A stretch of DNA of 63,402 nt, the filler included, from Reticulomyxa filosa (lineage: Eukaryota > Protista > Foraminifera): NCBI GenBank assembly GCA_000512085.1. It is 19 parts of 19 records of this genome, joined end to end, with 100 filler letters (N's around TTAATTAATTAA, not from the genome) between each part and the next. Parts side by side here need not be neighbours in the genome. Positions count along the whole stretch, not along the records: positions 37,205 to 40,964 come from ASPP01001020.1; positions 41,065 to 44,259 come from ASPP01022854.1; positions 44,360 to 49,365 come from ASPP01022646.1; positions 49,466 to 51,501 come from ASPP01026768.1; 15 more parts are not named here. The stretch is one strand, 5' to 3'. The position numbers and the translations under genes were made by a program. This document shows, in pieces, positions 38,464 through 51,601 of the stretch. The notes under the pieces were generated by a model, which saw only the letters and a program-made list of their open reading frames with translations, searched no databases and was not told the origin of the DNA. Every line of letters starts with the position of its first letter. Position 1 is the first letter of the stretch.

Positions 38464-38941
38464 TTATATCATTTCAAAATATCTCGCTCTTTCCCAGTCG
38501 CTGACATGGCTGAGATATTTGTCATTTTCCAATTGGTAGAAATGGGTATAATGATTAACAACATCTTCGCCAAGAGTGTCATTTGCCCATTTGGAGTCTC
38601 TCAGCTTTGCAATGGCAACATCGAATTTGGTAGGCACTTGTTCCAAGTGCGAAGCCTTTTCATTTTTATTTTATTTATTTTGTGTGTGTGTGTTTGTACA
38701 TTCCATTGGTTTGACAATGATATTTGAAAAAAACAAAACATTATAAATATCGCCATCTGCAGCTTCAGGAGGTTGCAATTCTTGTTCAATTCCGGCCAGA
38801 CCCGAGGCCAAAGACCCTGCAAAAGCTAGATAAGGATTGACATCAGCACCACAAATTCGCATTTCAATTCGAAGCGAATTGCCACTGCCAACGACACGAA
38901 ATCCGGCAGAGCGATTGTCATAACTCCAAGCACATCCTTTT

Positions 38942-38976
<35 letters not shown>

Positions 38977-40405
38977 GCGTTCATTGATTGGTAAAAAAAA
39001 AAATAAAAATAAAAAAATAATGCGTTTCTCAAACAAAACTGGTAGGTGCCCATGAGTTGGAAACAAATCGTTTGTAGCTGTTGACAGTGGGGGCAAAAAA
39101 GGGAAAGAGTTGTGGAGTGTAGTGGATCCAGCCAGCTAAAAAGTGTTTGAAAAGAGGCGAGCATCCTTTGATCTTTCCAATGGATTCTTGCCCTTGGAAC
39201 AGGTTACGTTTATTCGCATTATCAAACAAAGAGCAATGAATGTGACAACCGCTGCCAGTGCTATTGGTATACGGCTTCGCCATAAACGTCACCGAAACCT
39301 CGTTCAAATCGGCTACCTCATGTAAACATTGCTTATACAATACATGTCGGTCCGCCATTTCCACCGCCGTGGAATATTCAATGTTCAGCTCATGTTGTCC
39401 AATTCCAGCCTCTCCTTTCGTGCATTCCACCTTTTTTTTTTTTTTTTTTTTTTTGAAAAAAGGGGGTGATATCCCTTGTTAATTTTAAAGGGGGGGGGGG
39501 GGAAAAAAAAAAAAAAAAAAGATAAAATCTAACTGGAATTCCAGATTGCTTCAGGTGCTTACGAAATTGTGCATTTAGCCATTCCGTTCGAGTGCCTTGT
39601 TGAATATGATAATCCTCTGCATAATCTCTTTCAGACAATTTTAACAACAAACAAATTTGAAATCTTTGTTTAATTATATATATACATTTATGTTTATGTG
39701 CATATATAAATACCCAGCAGAAGAAAGGTCATGATATTTCTTTGATCGAGCCTCGCGAAATGGCGTGTCGAAAATGTAGTACTCCAACTCACTCGCCATG
39801 TTTGGCACAAATCCCATTTTTTCGGCTTTTGCGACTTGTTTTCTAAATTTTTTTTTTTTTTTTAAAAAAAAAAGGGGGAAATTTTTTGAAATAGTTAACT
39901 TCAAAAGCGAAGGTCCCCTCTTATCCCCCCCCAGTTTTTGGGATAAACAACACCGTTGGCAGACACAAACGAAACTTAAGGACAGAACGTGGGGCAACAG
40001 GTACCAATTCATGAGTGTGTGGGTCCATTATGTCACATAATACAATGCCCGTACTCGGAAGCCACGAAAGGACGCGCCAAGTGCTGTAGTCTGGACAAAG
40101 GTGGAAGTCTCCATAGCCACGCTTCCAATTGGCGTACTCAAAGCCTTGTTGCGGATTCATGTCCATGTCACATGTCAACAAGTAATTGCAGGCATGTGTA
40201 CCATCTTTTAATACCGACTTTTGGAAAAAATCGCGATCGAATCTCTTTCCTAACATACGCCCGTATACATCCGTGAAACCTGTTATCACTGTCTCACGTC
40301 TTTCAACGAGCCGGTGCTGTTCGACAACGTCGGGGGTGCCTTTACTGATGTGCTCCCGAATGAACGCAACGAGTTGAACACAAACTTGGAGGGAGTTCGG
40401 ATCAT
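38464..40405 (-). CDS. Glutamine synthetase-like gamma-glutamyl ligase, bacterial GlnA4 type (6 exons)
   Basis: Motifs FTDVYGRMLGKR, YLLTCDMDM..WKRGYGDF, ASELEYY, GEAGIGQHE, GSGCHIH, NSYKRF..SWAP, DNRSAGFR, GADVNPY and WERARYFE. GT-AG introns at 39975-39843, 39713-39628, 39533-39431, 39039-38937 and 38739-38656. Confidence 0.92.
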
Positions 40406-41064
40406 TTCAGATTTATTATTTATTTTTCCTTGACGCGACCGCAAGGGATTATTTATTATATTTTTTTTTAGGGGGGGGTGCCTATTCTTTTGTCTTTCGT
40501 GTGTACAATTAAACACAAATTAGACAAGTGACACTGATTTTTTGGAAAAAAGCTCATCGATTTCTGAGAAAAATAAATAGTTAATATTCGAGCCCTTTTT
40601 TTTAAACATTTCAAACTTGTACGTTTTTCTCTCTTTTGTTCATTTTTTTCTTTGTGTTTTTTCTTTTTTGACAGAGAGCAAAATTCTCCTACAAGCTCAA
40701 AATTAGAAATACCATATAGGACACAAAACAAACAAGCGAACAAAAAAACAAAAAGACAGTTGGACAATCAATCAAACAAACATAAGATAAGACAACCAAA
40801 AACAACTCCAAATTAGAAGAGGGGAAAAAAAATATATGAAATGAAAGAAGAAGTGGCCCAATACAAAGCAACTCTTTTTTTCTTCAATTCATTTTTTTAC
40901 AAAAAGAAAAAAAAATTGAAAAGAAAAGAGCCAGAAAGTTCCCTCAAAACAACGTATAAAAAAANNNNNNNNNNNNNNNNNNNNNNNNNNNNNNNNNNNN
41001 NNNNNNNNTTAATTAATTAANNNNNNNNNNNNNNNNNNNNNNNNNNNNNNNNNNNNNNNNNNNN

Positions 41065-41810
41065 ATGCTTGCGAAGCGCTTAATTTACTCTGGAGAGGCA
41101 TAAACAGCATTAGATTGCAGCGACTACTCGCACGAACATATAAAAGAGCGTTCTTTGTTAGCATTGTGAAGAACATTTCAAAATCCACTAAGCGCCATAA
41201 AAAGTTACGTTTAGACCAAAAGTTAGTTTATAAAAGTGATTTTTTCCGATGAAACGAAAATAAATCGTTTCGGAAGTGACAGAAAAGAATATGGCGAAGG
41301 CCTAATGAAATGATTTCCGATCGTACTACTAAGCCTACTTTAAAAGGTGATGGAGGAAGCATGACGATTTGTGGATCCATGTGGGCAAAAGTAGTCAGTG
41401 ATGCTGCCAAAATCATATGAACTGTTAACTCTGAGTTGTATAAAGAGATTTTCACTGACGAAACATAAAACTATCGTCAATATTGTCCCAAAAAAAAGTA
41501 TCAATAGGACTTTATCTTTCAGCAAGACAATGCATCTTATCACAAATTAAATTCAACTATTACATTTTTGAAGAATCATGAATAGCACTCTTAGAATATC
41601 CTCCGCAGAGCACAGACCTCAATCTAATCGAAAATCTGTGGCGAATTATAAATATGAAAATCCACCAAAATCATAAGATTACATCTTTGGAGCAGCTTTG
41701 TGAGGTGTTTGAGAAAGAATATTAAGATATTGACAAAGATATTTATAGAACGTTAGTGTAATCCATGTCTGATAGGATAAAAGCTTTGATCAAAGCATAC
41801 GAAATATTAA
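41065..41810 (+). mobile_element. Decayed Tc1 (DDE) transposase
   Basis: FSDETKINRFGSD, GGSMTICG, FIFQQDNASYH and PPQSTDLNLIENLW spread across frameshifts and stops. Confidence 0.88.
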
Positions 41811-41827
41811 GAATTTTTGTTAGTTGT

Positions 41828-41927
41828 AATTCCGGGTTTTTAAAAACCCGGAATTCAAACCCTTTCGGTTCCAACGTTGGAACCGAAAGGGTTTGAATTC
41901 CGGAATTCAAACCCTTTCGGTTCCAAC
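41828..41927. other. Roche 454 paired-end hairpin linker remnants (library artefact)
   Basis: Three half copies of GTTGGAACCGAAAGGGTTTGAATTC or its reverse complement, with EcoRI sites, plus a 28-bp palindrome. Confidence 0.93.
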
Positions 41928-42024
41928 GAGAATGATTTCAAATTACTTCTCTTACGAATGTAATCAAAACAATCTTCGTAAGCTAAGGAGTAATTTGAAA
42001 AGAGAATGATACTTCTTTTTGTTA

Positions 42025-42110
42025 CTCCTTTTATTTCTCCTTTGATTTCTCCTTTGATTTTTCCTTTTATTTCTCATTTGATTTTTCCTTTTATTCTTCC
42101 TTTTATTTGT
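42025..42110. repeat. 12-bp tandem repeat (cctttRattt..), ~7 copies
   Basis: ccttttatttct, cctttgatttct and cctttgattttt units. Confidence 0.75.
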
Positions 42111-42399
42111 TCGTGATTTTTGGATTTGGTGCGACAAGTGCTGGACTTTTTGCAACGCTTGACTCCTCTAACCTTTCTGACTTTTGGCACTCTTAAATGT
42201 CTTGTTCATCCTTTTTCAAACTTATTAAGATAAACTTTGAGGAATCTTCATTAGATTATATTATAAAGGGTTTGAGCTTTATTTTTTTTTGAGTTCAACA
42301 ACGGGAGCTGGCATTGCAGCCATTGTTTTGTCTTGATATGATGGGCCGTAATCGATTCCATGGTTTGTTTCATCTTGTGGTCGAACCGTTTGATCCATC

Positions 42400-44259
42400 C
42401 GGAATTCTAACTTGAAAAGTTGGATCTAATAAAATAGTTTACTTTAGATAATTGTATGGAATTTTTCAATAACAGTAGATGGTTTGGGAATGCATTAGTG
42501 CCATAATTTTGTCGAATTGTGACTCCCATTCATTCTGTTTGGCATTTATTTCGCTAGCGACATGGGACGTTCATCATATTGGGACGCTAACCAAAGCTGT
42601 GTCGAAAGTGGTATTGTGGGTAATACCAATGAATTGACGATGTGGCGATGTCACCGAGTTTGCTATCCATTATGTCTTATATTAGTTGATCTCTACACAA
42701 TGCAATTTTTTGAGGGCCTCCAGTGACGTCATAGACAATATGATAGATGCTGATGATGTTGATGCGAATGTCAGGTCGTCATGATAGTAGGCATGATAAA
42801 CATTATTCAGGCACGTGATTGCCGTTTTCAAGTCGTCAGCGAATACTATGGCGAATAAGCCCCCACTAAGTGGCCACCTTGGTGGACTCCTGAACAAGAT
42901 TCGATGATAGATTGGTTCTGCAGGAACATCGTGACATGGGACGCGTAACAGCATTTGACATATCCAAATAGTTCTGGTATTTGCTTTCTAACTAATTCGA
43001 ACACTTTGGACCTTTTGCAAGAATTGAATGTGTTTTTAAAGTACACTTTGATGGCAACGGCGTCTTCCTTTGATCGAATGTGGTGGAGAATGGCTTTAAA
43101 TCCATGAATAAATAATTCGATATTTGCCTTTACATTGATGCCAAGTTGGTTGGGACCTACAATATTTTGGATTCGGTCAGCATGTCTCTTCATTAAGATA
43201 GCGCCCGCGGACCTTCTAAGAAGGGATCCAATAGCTATTGGTCTAGGGCTGCCATCAGGTTTCGAGATTCCAATTAATCTTGCGCCATATGCAATAGGGG
43301 CAGCACTTTCACAGACTGTTCCATTAGTTATTAATGTGATCACCTTGGCCCAATTTGACAGCGTGCCAGATTCGTATTCAAAAGGTACTATGTCGATCAA
43401 ATGTTGGGCCGCAAAAAGGTCTACTCCACTGCGATGTTCTTATGAGCCTTCTGGTATATGCAATTAGTTCATCGGTTGAGATGACGTCGTTTGTGGGAAT
43501 AGGATGCAGCCTGTGGACATGCTAATTACTTTCAAAAGATTGCAATACTTCTATAGATGAGGTTCGAACTTGTGCTTTTGTTGTAGTTGCCGGACAGTGT
43601 CGTCGTCATAGATTATATGTTGACTGGGGGTCAATGCCTTGAATGACTTTGATAGCTCACACAATGCCACGAGTTTGATGGACCTGGCATGTGTAGCGTT
43701 TAATTTTGCCGTCGATGATACCTTTAAGTTTTTGGGGTCTACCGATTTTGGTAATGAAGCGAAGTGCTAGCAAAAGTCGTCATAAAGCTTCTGGAGGTTA
43801 TACTCTTTCCACAATTTGATTCTACTTATAATGACTTTGGATACCTCATTGACGTGCTTGACAACTCCCCTTCCTGGATCACATAAAATGAACCTTATTA
43901 ATAATAACAACTTGGTCCACGATGTAGTATCATTATTGGATGCCACGTCACTGAGGGCCCATGCTGCGATTGATGCAAACGAGCTTCGCACAGCCTTGTG
44001 GACACGGCCAATGATTTTTGCGGACTTGTTAATGATATCGATTATGATCGGCAGTTGTCATACACTGTATATCTCCGGATATTTTTGCTCTGTTGACTGC
44101 TGCAATCTAGAACGGCGATCGCGAAAGGCCTTTTGTTGTTTGATCATATCGTCATGACAGTTCTTACGCATGTTATCGACTGCGACAGAAATTGGCAAAA
44201 TGCGCCTGCAACGATGCATATAATCCTTCCGAAAGCTTGAAAGTATGACTGGGGGATTC
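42400..44259 (-). mobile_element. Decayed CRE-clade-like non-LTR retrotransposon RT
   Basis: GARLIGISKPDGSPRPIAIGSLLRR, PNQLG, FKNTFNS and SGVHQG, with YHDDL in a shifted frame. Contains stops and frameshifts. Confidence 0.82.
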
Positions 44260-45302
44260 NNNNNNNNNNNNNNNNNNNNNNNNNNNNNNNNNNNNNNNNN
44301 NNNTTAATTAATTAANNNNNNNNNNNNNNNNNNNNNNNNNNNNNNNNNNNNNNNNNNNNTCATCCTAACAAATTAGTATTTCACATTCAACAGAAATCAA
44401 TTGCTAAAAAAAAAATATTTGTAATAGGCACTTCTCCTGCACCTACTTATTCAATTGTTCTAAGATGTTTGACATGATCATTTCTTTCGTCTTCTTATTC
44501 AAAGCTTTACTCTTTGTTATTGAAATTTCTGATTATGTTGCACACATTGCCCATTATTTTGGATATAAGGAACCTTGTTTTTGTTGAATTTTTTTTTAGT
44601 TGTCCTTTATGCATTTTTTTTTCCCTTCTTTTAAGGAGGAAGGAAGGGGCATTTTTTTTTGTGTTTGTGCAATTTCAGAACTGAAGTCCAATTTTAATTA
44701 AGAGATTATCATTGCTCACGAATTTAAATCTGCTCGGTTTCATAACATGTGGTCAATACTGAAACAATTTTTCAAAATTCTTCATTAGTACCTGTTTTGG
44801 TGACGCTTAATTAACTGTACAACTGCGTTGCTTATGTTTGTAATGCCGAAATATTTGCTTTTTTGCCGTATTTTGTAATATCTCGCTTTACAAATTTCTT
44901 TGAAAATTGTCTGCTTTCTATTTGAATGAGAAGCTTACAGTATGAAATTATCCACATTTATTTAAGTAATTAATTTATGTTCGCAATTGTTTCATTTTGA
45001 TATCTTTTTCGCTTCAGTACAATTAATTTTTCAGAGATTATCAGTTTCTTAGGATAATCCATATACGCAAGTGAAAGTGATTACATTACATACAATGTTT
45101 TGTTGTGCCTTTAGAGACATCTTCAAACTGTTTTGAAATAGCAATTTTTGAAATATTCTTTTTTTTTGGCATTAACTTATCTGCAAAATTATTGCGGCTG
45201 TGAACAAGAAATCCAAAACAAAATTTAAAACTCGAACCAGGAATCATTTACAACCTTAAGGGGACACTTTTTTTTAAGCGCTGAATAGAAAAATAAATTA
45301 AT

Positions 45303-48273
45303 ATGCATAAAACAACAGCTGTGTTGCTATTTTTATCATTCCTAGAAACACTAATCGTGTTTCAGTTACTAATGTAAGTATAGCAGAATGTTGGGTTCAT
45401 TCAACTTGTTTGTAAAAAAAAATAGACAGAAATTGCTAAACTTTTTTTAAAAAATGTGAAAACTCTCTTCAGCTACGCACCATTTATTTTGCATTCAACA
45501 CTGCGCGCGAAAGTGTCATCGGAGAACATTTACGTGGCTTTTTTTTTGATGAGTTATCCATTGGGCTTGATGCTAGGGAACAAGCCGTCAAAGCGAATAG
45601 CAGCAAGATACGGACGAAAAGCAGCGTTGGCACTGAGTATGACTTAACATCACATTACACATATATGTATACACATATGCATATATAAATGTATGTGTAT
45701 ATATATATGGATGAGTTGTATGTTTAGGACAAAACAAGAAAGAAAAGTTGATAGAATAAAAAAACAAAACACATACCAAAATTAAAAAAAGATTTAAGTG
45801 TAACCATACTGTGTCTAATCGTATTGATGTTCGCCACCTCACTGTTCCATTGCATGATAGCCTTTGGCATTTTAGGTGCATTTGGTTCCATGTGGAGTTA
45901 CAAGCACATACACATATATGTATATATGTATATGCATAGTGTGATATGCATATATGTACTCGCACGTACAACAAGAAATAAATAAACGAATTGTGAATAG
46001 GTAACATCTTTGGCTGCTTTCACGAAAACCCCGGATATATGGAATTCAACGAGAGCGACTATTGGTTGGGACTGCTGGGAGACAATTGCAAGCACAAGAT
46101 CCTGTGGCATTTGCAAACCACGCAAGGAGAGGCGATGGTGGTGGCCGGCTTTATGGGGTGCTTTTACAAATCTTGGCAGTACGGCGCGTCGGGCGTGAGC
46201 GTGCCTTTCGGGATGTTGATTGTGTTGTCGATCGTCGGATTGGCCGCTGTGCACTTGCTGTTGGGCGAGCATTGCAAAGAGGTCGACAGCTTGCAAGTCG
46301 TTCAATCGATGACAGGTATTCAGAACATGCGTTTGCATAACAACCCCGGCCAAGTTCTGATCTCCACCAGTGTGGGCTCTTCGCAGCCTTTGCTCACGTC
46401 TCAGCCTATCTATGGAGGCGTTCACACGGACGAGCACGATGAAAAGCAGCCATTGATCGCTGCTTCGGCTTCTGGTTTGCTGTGTTTTCTATATACATAT
46501 ATACATGTATATGCATATATACATATATATATATTTATATTTATATAAAAAAAAGGAGGGAAAACACTCCAATTCAAAAAATAAATAAATCAATATGTAA
46601 CGACAGGAAATGCGACATCCACGAATGATCCTCGTTTCACTATATCGGGGGATGATGAAGACGACGAAGAAACAACTGCGACGAAGCCTGGAACAGAGAA
46701 TGTTCCTGGAACAGAGGAAGCAAAAAGGAACAATGAAAGCAAAAGTAAAGAAAGAGAAGCAGCAAATGCGCCCACGTCTCTGTTGGATGATGGAAACAAT
46801 AAAAAACAAACAGAAAGCGCAAGTATAAATGCAAGTGCAAATGCAAATATTAATGTCAATGCCAATGCCAATACCAATACCAATGTCAATGTCAATGCAA
46901 ATCCGCAAATGCAGATATTCCCAAATGACAACGGTAGTTCGTCGTGGCTGAAGTATTTTCCATTGCTGGCAGGAGGCTATTTTGAAAATTTGGAGACGGA
47001 GGAAGAACATGTGTTGGATGAATCCTTGCTTGGCTTCATCGTCGCTTATCTGAACTCGAGGATCTTCTTATGTTTGCTCTTTATCGCCTTATGCTCATTC
47101 GTTTTGCTGTTCGCCTTTGACGTGTTATTCCCGTCCTTTTCTTCCATTCCGGCCAGTGAAGGCGGGATGGGATGGACACCTGCTTATGTGGGATTGTTTT
47201 ATTCTTTCTATAGTGCTAGTTATTATCGATATATATATATGTTTATATATGCATATGTATGTTGATATGTATGTGCATATATATATATACAAACAAATTA
47301 AACAGCTTGGTTATTTACAATGTGGTATCGCTGGTACCGACTACACATGGGATACCAGTGGTCAACCTCTGTTTTGATTGGACCTCTTCATGCCTTAAAA
47401 ATTGCATTCGGTTGTTTGGCCGTTGTTTATGGCTTGGTCTTTCCTTGGTTTATCAATTCTCCTCATATCCACCATGCCGAATGGGGTCCTTCCTCCTGGG
47501 TCTTTCAGGGCTTCCTCATCGCCGTTATTATGGGCTTCTTATCTGCTGTCGTGCCCTATGATGTCGCTCAACTATTTCGCGATTTTACCGATACGGTCCA
47601 CGGCGAAAGTGTTCAAACTTCTCAACAGCTTCGTCTTCGACAGCATTGTTCCATCAATCATATATATATATATGCACATACATATACACATATATATATT
47701 TTTTTTTTTGAAGTCACATATCTGCGCAATAAACAACACAACAACAGCCGTTTAGCAATTATCGAAAGCAAAATGACAATCCAAATCTTAATGTCCACAC
47801 TTTTAGTGTATATCCGAATCTGTGCTCCAGTGTTGATACAGTGGATGTTCATTTGGGGATGGGACATGAACTCACGGGTCTCGTCCAAACATGTGCATGT
47901 CAAACGAGATTGGTATCAAATTGGAAACTTTGTGTTTTATACGCTGGCGTTTATAAGCGCTGCTGGATTTGGGCTTGTTGTTTTATTTGAAAAGTGGCGA
48001 AGAGAAGACTTTGGAGAAGAAGTGGATAACGAAGAAATGACCAGGCTCATTGAAGAAGTCAGACGAGAACGAAACCGATCTCTGTTTGGAGAAGCGGCAG
48101 AAATCGATGAAGACTCGGATGCCATGGGATTTTGGCTTTCCACTTCTATGAAATCTTGTATCGGCAGGCAAACCAGACACCCGGTTTGCAAGACTGTTCA
48201 AGTGTGCATGAAAGACAATTTCGAGAAATGGAGATTGAGACAAAGCGAGCAAAGATTATATAATGCTTTTTAA
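45303..48273 (+). CDS. MFS-type transporter with long central loop, multi-exon
   Basis: Multiple TM helices, motif A-like RIAARYGRK and GGMGWTPAYVG. Introns are filled with (TA)/(TACA) repeats. Confidence 0.72.
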
Positions 48274-48867
48274 CTTGTCCAAAATTTTATATTTTTTTTC
48301 TTTCGTAACGTGTATTGGATTTTTAAAAAAGTAAAAATGTGTTTCAACTTTGAAAATTTTTTTTTTTTGTGAAATTCAAACCCATTCCAAATATAAAAAG
48401 TGTCCAACTTTGGACTACCCACAAAGAAAAAACCACTAAAAAACGAGTGTGTGCAAGCTCCACAAATTTGAAATCAACAAAAAAAAAAAAGAGGTAAAAT
48501 AAACTTTCAATAAACCACAAAATAACGGTAATCTTTCATAGCTTGGTGGTTCTTTTAATCATACAACACCCCTCAAGACAAAAAAAAAAAGTAACATTGT
48601 AACGTATGTTTCCTTAATTTCATCCAGCAGATTAATCAAGGATGAATGGCTTGAGAAGGTCAACATCAACAACAAAAAAAAAGAAAACCACAAAAAGTTT
48701 TTTATTGAATAAAAAGAGAAATAAGTGTAACAAAAAACGGGAAAAAACAGCAACAACAAACAAACTAGTTTTTACGTTTGGATTTGATGGGATGGAATTT
48801 TGAGATGGAATAATAAAAAAAGCAAAAATTTGGATAGTTTTTAAAGATTTGGGGGATTTTTGAGTGT

Positions 48868-49238
48868 TTAGTCACCTTTTGTCGGCATTGGTGTTTCAAC
48901 AAGTGGTGTGGTAGCCGCGTGATCACTGCTATTGCTGTTATTTCCATTTCCATTTTTATGACTATTTGCAGGAGGATTATTATCATTGACATTGTTATTT
49001 CCTCCGCCTCGATCTTCGCCATTGATTACACTTTTACCTTCGAGACGACGCTTTTCTTGTTGGTACTCATATTGTGCTCGTCGGGCTGCCTCCAATGATT
49101 TCTGATGCCATGTACTATGCAAGTCAAATCCAAATACGCGTGGTTTGTAGTGCTCCTTGCTCTTTTCTGGTTTCAGCTCGGGGAACACCAAAAAAAATAA
49201 ATGCGCAAAAGTTGTTCCAAAATATGCTCCGTCGATAT
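48868..49238 (-). CDS. Casein kinase II beta subunit, last exon
   Basis: [30 protein letters not shown] signature. Confidence 0.93.
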
Positions 49239-49465
49239 CTGCCAACAACCCCATAACCAAAGGTTCATTTTTTTATTTTTTTATTTTTTTTTTTGCGTAA
49301 CCCCCCCTCCCTTTTTTTTTTTAAAAAAATAGCCAATACAAAAACTAATCACATAAAAACGAAACNNNNNNNNNNNNNNNNNNNNNNNNNNNNNNNNNNN
49401 NNNNNNNNNTTAATTAATTAANNNNNNNNNNNNNNNNNNNNNNNNNNNNNNNNNNNNNNNNNNNN

Positions 49466-51501
49466 TACATTGCAGTCACTGGAGAAGATCAATTTCCTTT
49501 TAATACCAACGCATTCCACCTGTGTTACTTCCAAAAAGAAGTGTTAGCTGCCAGGCAAATATCAGAACACATCATAATCGGAGGGGACTGGAATGCACAT
49601 CATCCAGCTTGGTTGGATAAAAATATTGATGAAATGGGAGAAGCAATTCTTGAATTTATCACATCGAACGATTTGCACATCTTAAATTCATTTCCATTTG
49701 ATTGCACATATCAAAACAATAACGCATCATCCTGCATTGATATTACATTATGTTCCTCATCATTGGTGGGACTTTGTAGTAATTGGAGGACAGATGATGA
49801 TGAATTGGATGTCCACTCTGGTCATCTTCCAATCACATTCAATATTCTTGCACAATGGGCACCTCAAAATATCAAAAGACAAAATATTGTAACTTGGAAT
49901 TTATCAAGCGACCAGTGGGAAATGTTCCGCCATTATCTTGCAGCAAATTTGAAAGTTTGGAGTGACTCCATCCCAAACTCCCTCCAAGGTTCCTCAGACG
50001 CTCTGGATCAAGCAGTAGAGGCTTGGACTCATTGTGTAGTCGAAACGGGGAAAGCCACCATTGGACAAAAAACCATCTGGAAAGGAAATAAACCTTGGTG
50101 GAGTAATAAGCTGCACAAGATGCGCAAGAAGGTGCACCAATTGAAAAGAAACTTTAGGAAAAATAGAACGTCAGAAAATTATGAAATATACAAGGAAGCA
50201 GCTCGTACACTCAAAAGGAATCTCCGGTGCGAAAAACAGTTACACATTACAAAAAGTATAGAGTCCCTACATGAAGGAAATACGAGACAGCTGTTCTGCA
50301 AGTTTCGGTCATTAAATTCAAACAAAATTGCCATTATTCCATCATTGGTGTCACCAGGAAAAGATGGAACCACACATCAAATCGCAGAAAATGATATTGA
50401 CAAAGCGAATTTGCTAGCACGTTGGTTTGCTCAACCACCACAGCCTCCAAAGCCATCGAATGAAGATGCAGAACATTACGAATATGTTAAAGACGAAATA
50501 TGTTCGGTTGTGCAGATGTCAAGAGAGTCTGAATTGGATACGAGTTGGCTCATTCTTGAATGGCATCAAGCGGACATCACTGAAGAAGAAATAATAGAGG
50601 CAATTGGGCAAGTATCTTCCTTTAAATCGCAAGATCCGGACAACATCCACAACTTGATGCTGAAAAAAGGTGGACAAAGTTTAATAGATTCGCTGGTTAT
50701 GCTATCATTGCTATCATGTGTGGGAAAATTGTTGGAACGAATAGTGACGATGAGATTAATGCGATATTTAAATGAGCGTCAAATGTTACATCAAAGCCAG
50801 GCTGGGTTCCAGTCTTGGCATAACACATCAGAATTAATCCTGAAACTATCGGAGTCTATTCATAAATCATTTAATAAAAAAGGATTGACATACGCAACAA
50901 TGTTGGACATCTCAGAAGCGTATGGCAGTGTTTGGCGTGATTGACTACGTTCCAAAATGAGGCACGAATTTAACCTGCATGGAAGACTATACTGGTGTAT
51001 TGACAGTTTTCTATCAGACCGATTCGGACAGGTCGTCCTGAATGGAGTGAGTTCCTCAATGTACGAATTTAGCACAGGAGTACTTCAGGGATCGTCATTG
51101 TCCCCTTTATTGTTCCTGTTGTACATTAATATCTCACAAAGGAAGTCCATGACCGATTCAATGTGGCATGTTTACAGATGATGTGGCATTGTGGACATCT
51201 ATTTATACGTCAAATATGGACGAAATGAGCAACCAAATACAGCAACTACAAAGTAGTCTTGATGGAATATCTTCATAGGCTTCCAGATGGAAGATGCTGA
51301 TGTCACCAGACAAATCACAGTGTATCAAGCTTCGTCAAAAGAACAAGCGAAAGTATCCACCATTATCACTCCATCTTGTGGATGCAAAAATTCCAGAAAC
51401 AAATCAAGTCAAGTATTTGGTATTAATAATGGACTCCCAATTGAATTATCGTGATCACATTAACTATGTTTACGGCAAGGCAGCAAGGAAACTTGGTTAT
51501 T
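49466..51501 (+). mobile_element. Decayed LINE ORF2 (APE endonuclease plus RT)
   Basis: GGDWNAHH, CIDITL, KPWW, QAGF, LDISEAY, GVLQGSSLSPLLF and FTDDV. Contains stops and frameshifts, and lacks the segment normally ending in YRPI before SLLSCVGK. Confidence 0.92.
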
Positions 51502-51601
51502 NNNNNNNNNNNNNNNNNNNNNNNNNNNNNNNNNNNNNNNNNNNNTTAATTAATTAANNNNNNNNNNNNNNNNNNNNNNNNNNNNNNNNNNNNNNNNNNN
51601 N

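Noticed and set aside
16399-40405. GGCT and GlnA4-like genes as a gamma-glutamyl gene cluster
   Set aside because: They lie on different contigs. A functional link is possible, but proximity is not evidence.
41828-41927. Nested perfect palindromes as a transposon end, hairpin telomere or CRISPR-like repeat
   Set aside because: The sequence is the 454 paired-end linker.
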